A stretch of 63,654 bases of DNA, the filler included, from Octopus bimaculoides (taxonomy: Eukaryota), in assembly GCF_001194135.2 (NCBI RefSeq). It is 9 parts of 7 records of this genome, joined end to end, with 100 filler letters (N's around TTAATTAATTAA, not from the genome) between each part and the next. Parts side by side here need not be neighbours in the genome. Positions count along the whole stretch, not along the records: positions 62,529 to 63,654 come from NW_026335644.1; 8 more parts are not named here. The stretch is one strand, 5' to 3'. The position numbers and the translations under genes were made by a program. The notes beneath the pieces were generated by a model that was not told the origin of the DNA, ran no database searches, and saw only the letters and a program-made list of their open reading frames with translations. Positions 63,354-63,654 of the stretch are shown piece by piece (position 1 is the first letter of the stretch; every line of letters begins with the position of its first letter).

Positions 63354-63654
63354 GTTTGTGTTGGCAGTCTACTTCCGGTTACCATTGAAGATAGACGTGC
63401 AGCTCATAGCTCCGTCTAAGGAACAGAGGACACCGTCAGGGTAAGCGAATTTGCTTTTTTTGTGAGCTGGGTAGAAGTATTGTGTTTTTATTTTTACGGT
63501 ATATTCTTCCCAGCTCTGGAGCATTTCGCTTGTGCTTGGCGGTGTCGAAAATTTGAAAATTTGAGAAAATTTGATTGAATTGTTGCCTGTTCCAGGTATA
63601 GTGATGTGGCTGGCTGCTGGTGGGCGTTTCTATGAAATAACCAAGTTCAGCAAG

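Overview
Repeat-dominated eukaryotic DNA with many N gaps and no host protein-coding gene that I can recognise. The dense (TA)n/(CA)n/(GATA)n/(AAT)n/(GAT)n microsatellites and the SINE families resemble Octopus (coleoid cephalopod) sequence; this is inferred from recalled repeat sequences, not from a search. Supported content: (1) three or four tRNA-headed SINE families in more than 25 copies or fragments; (2) decayed non-LTR retrotransposon pieces from four groups (L1/Tx1, R4/Dong with RLE endonuclease, CR1/L2-like, and an unassigned RT); (3) two different DD37D (maT) mariner-like transposase relics, a Tigger/pogo N-terminal relic, and small non-autonomous elements; (4) several fold-back structures. 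The most notable fold-back is a 171-bp-arm inverted repeat carrying a nearly canonical hammerhead ribozyme of the Penelope-element type (41686-41728). Others are an ~800-bp palindrome, a perfect 67-bp palindrome and a 53-bp-arm hairpin. Eight TTAATTAATTAA words inside N runs are assembly linkers, so contiguity across them is uncertain. Almost all ORFs in the supplied track are microsatellite or N-gap artefacts.
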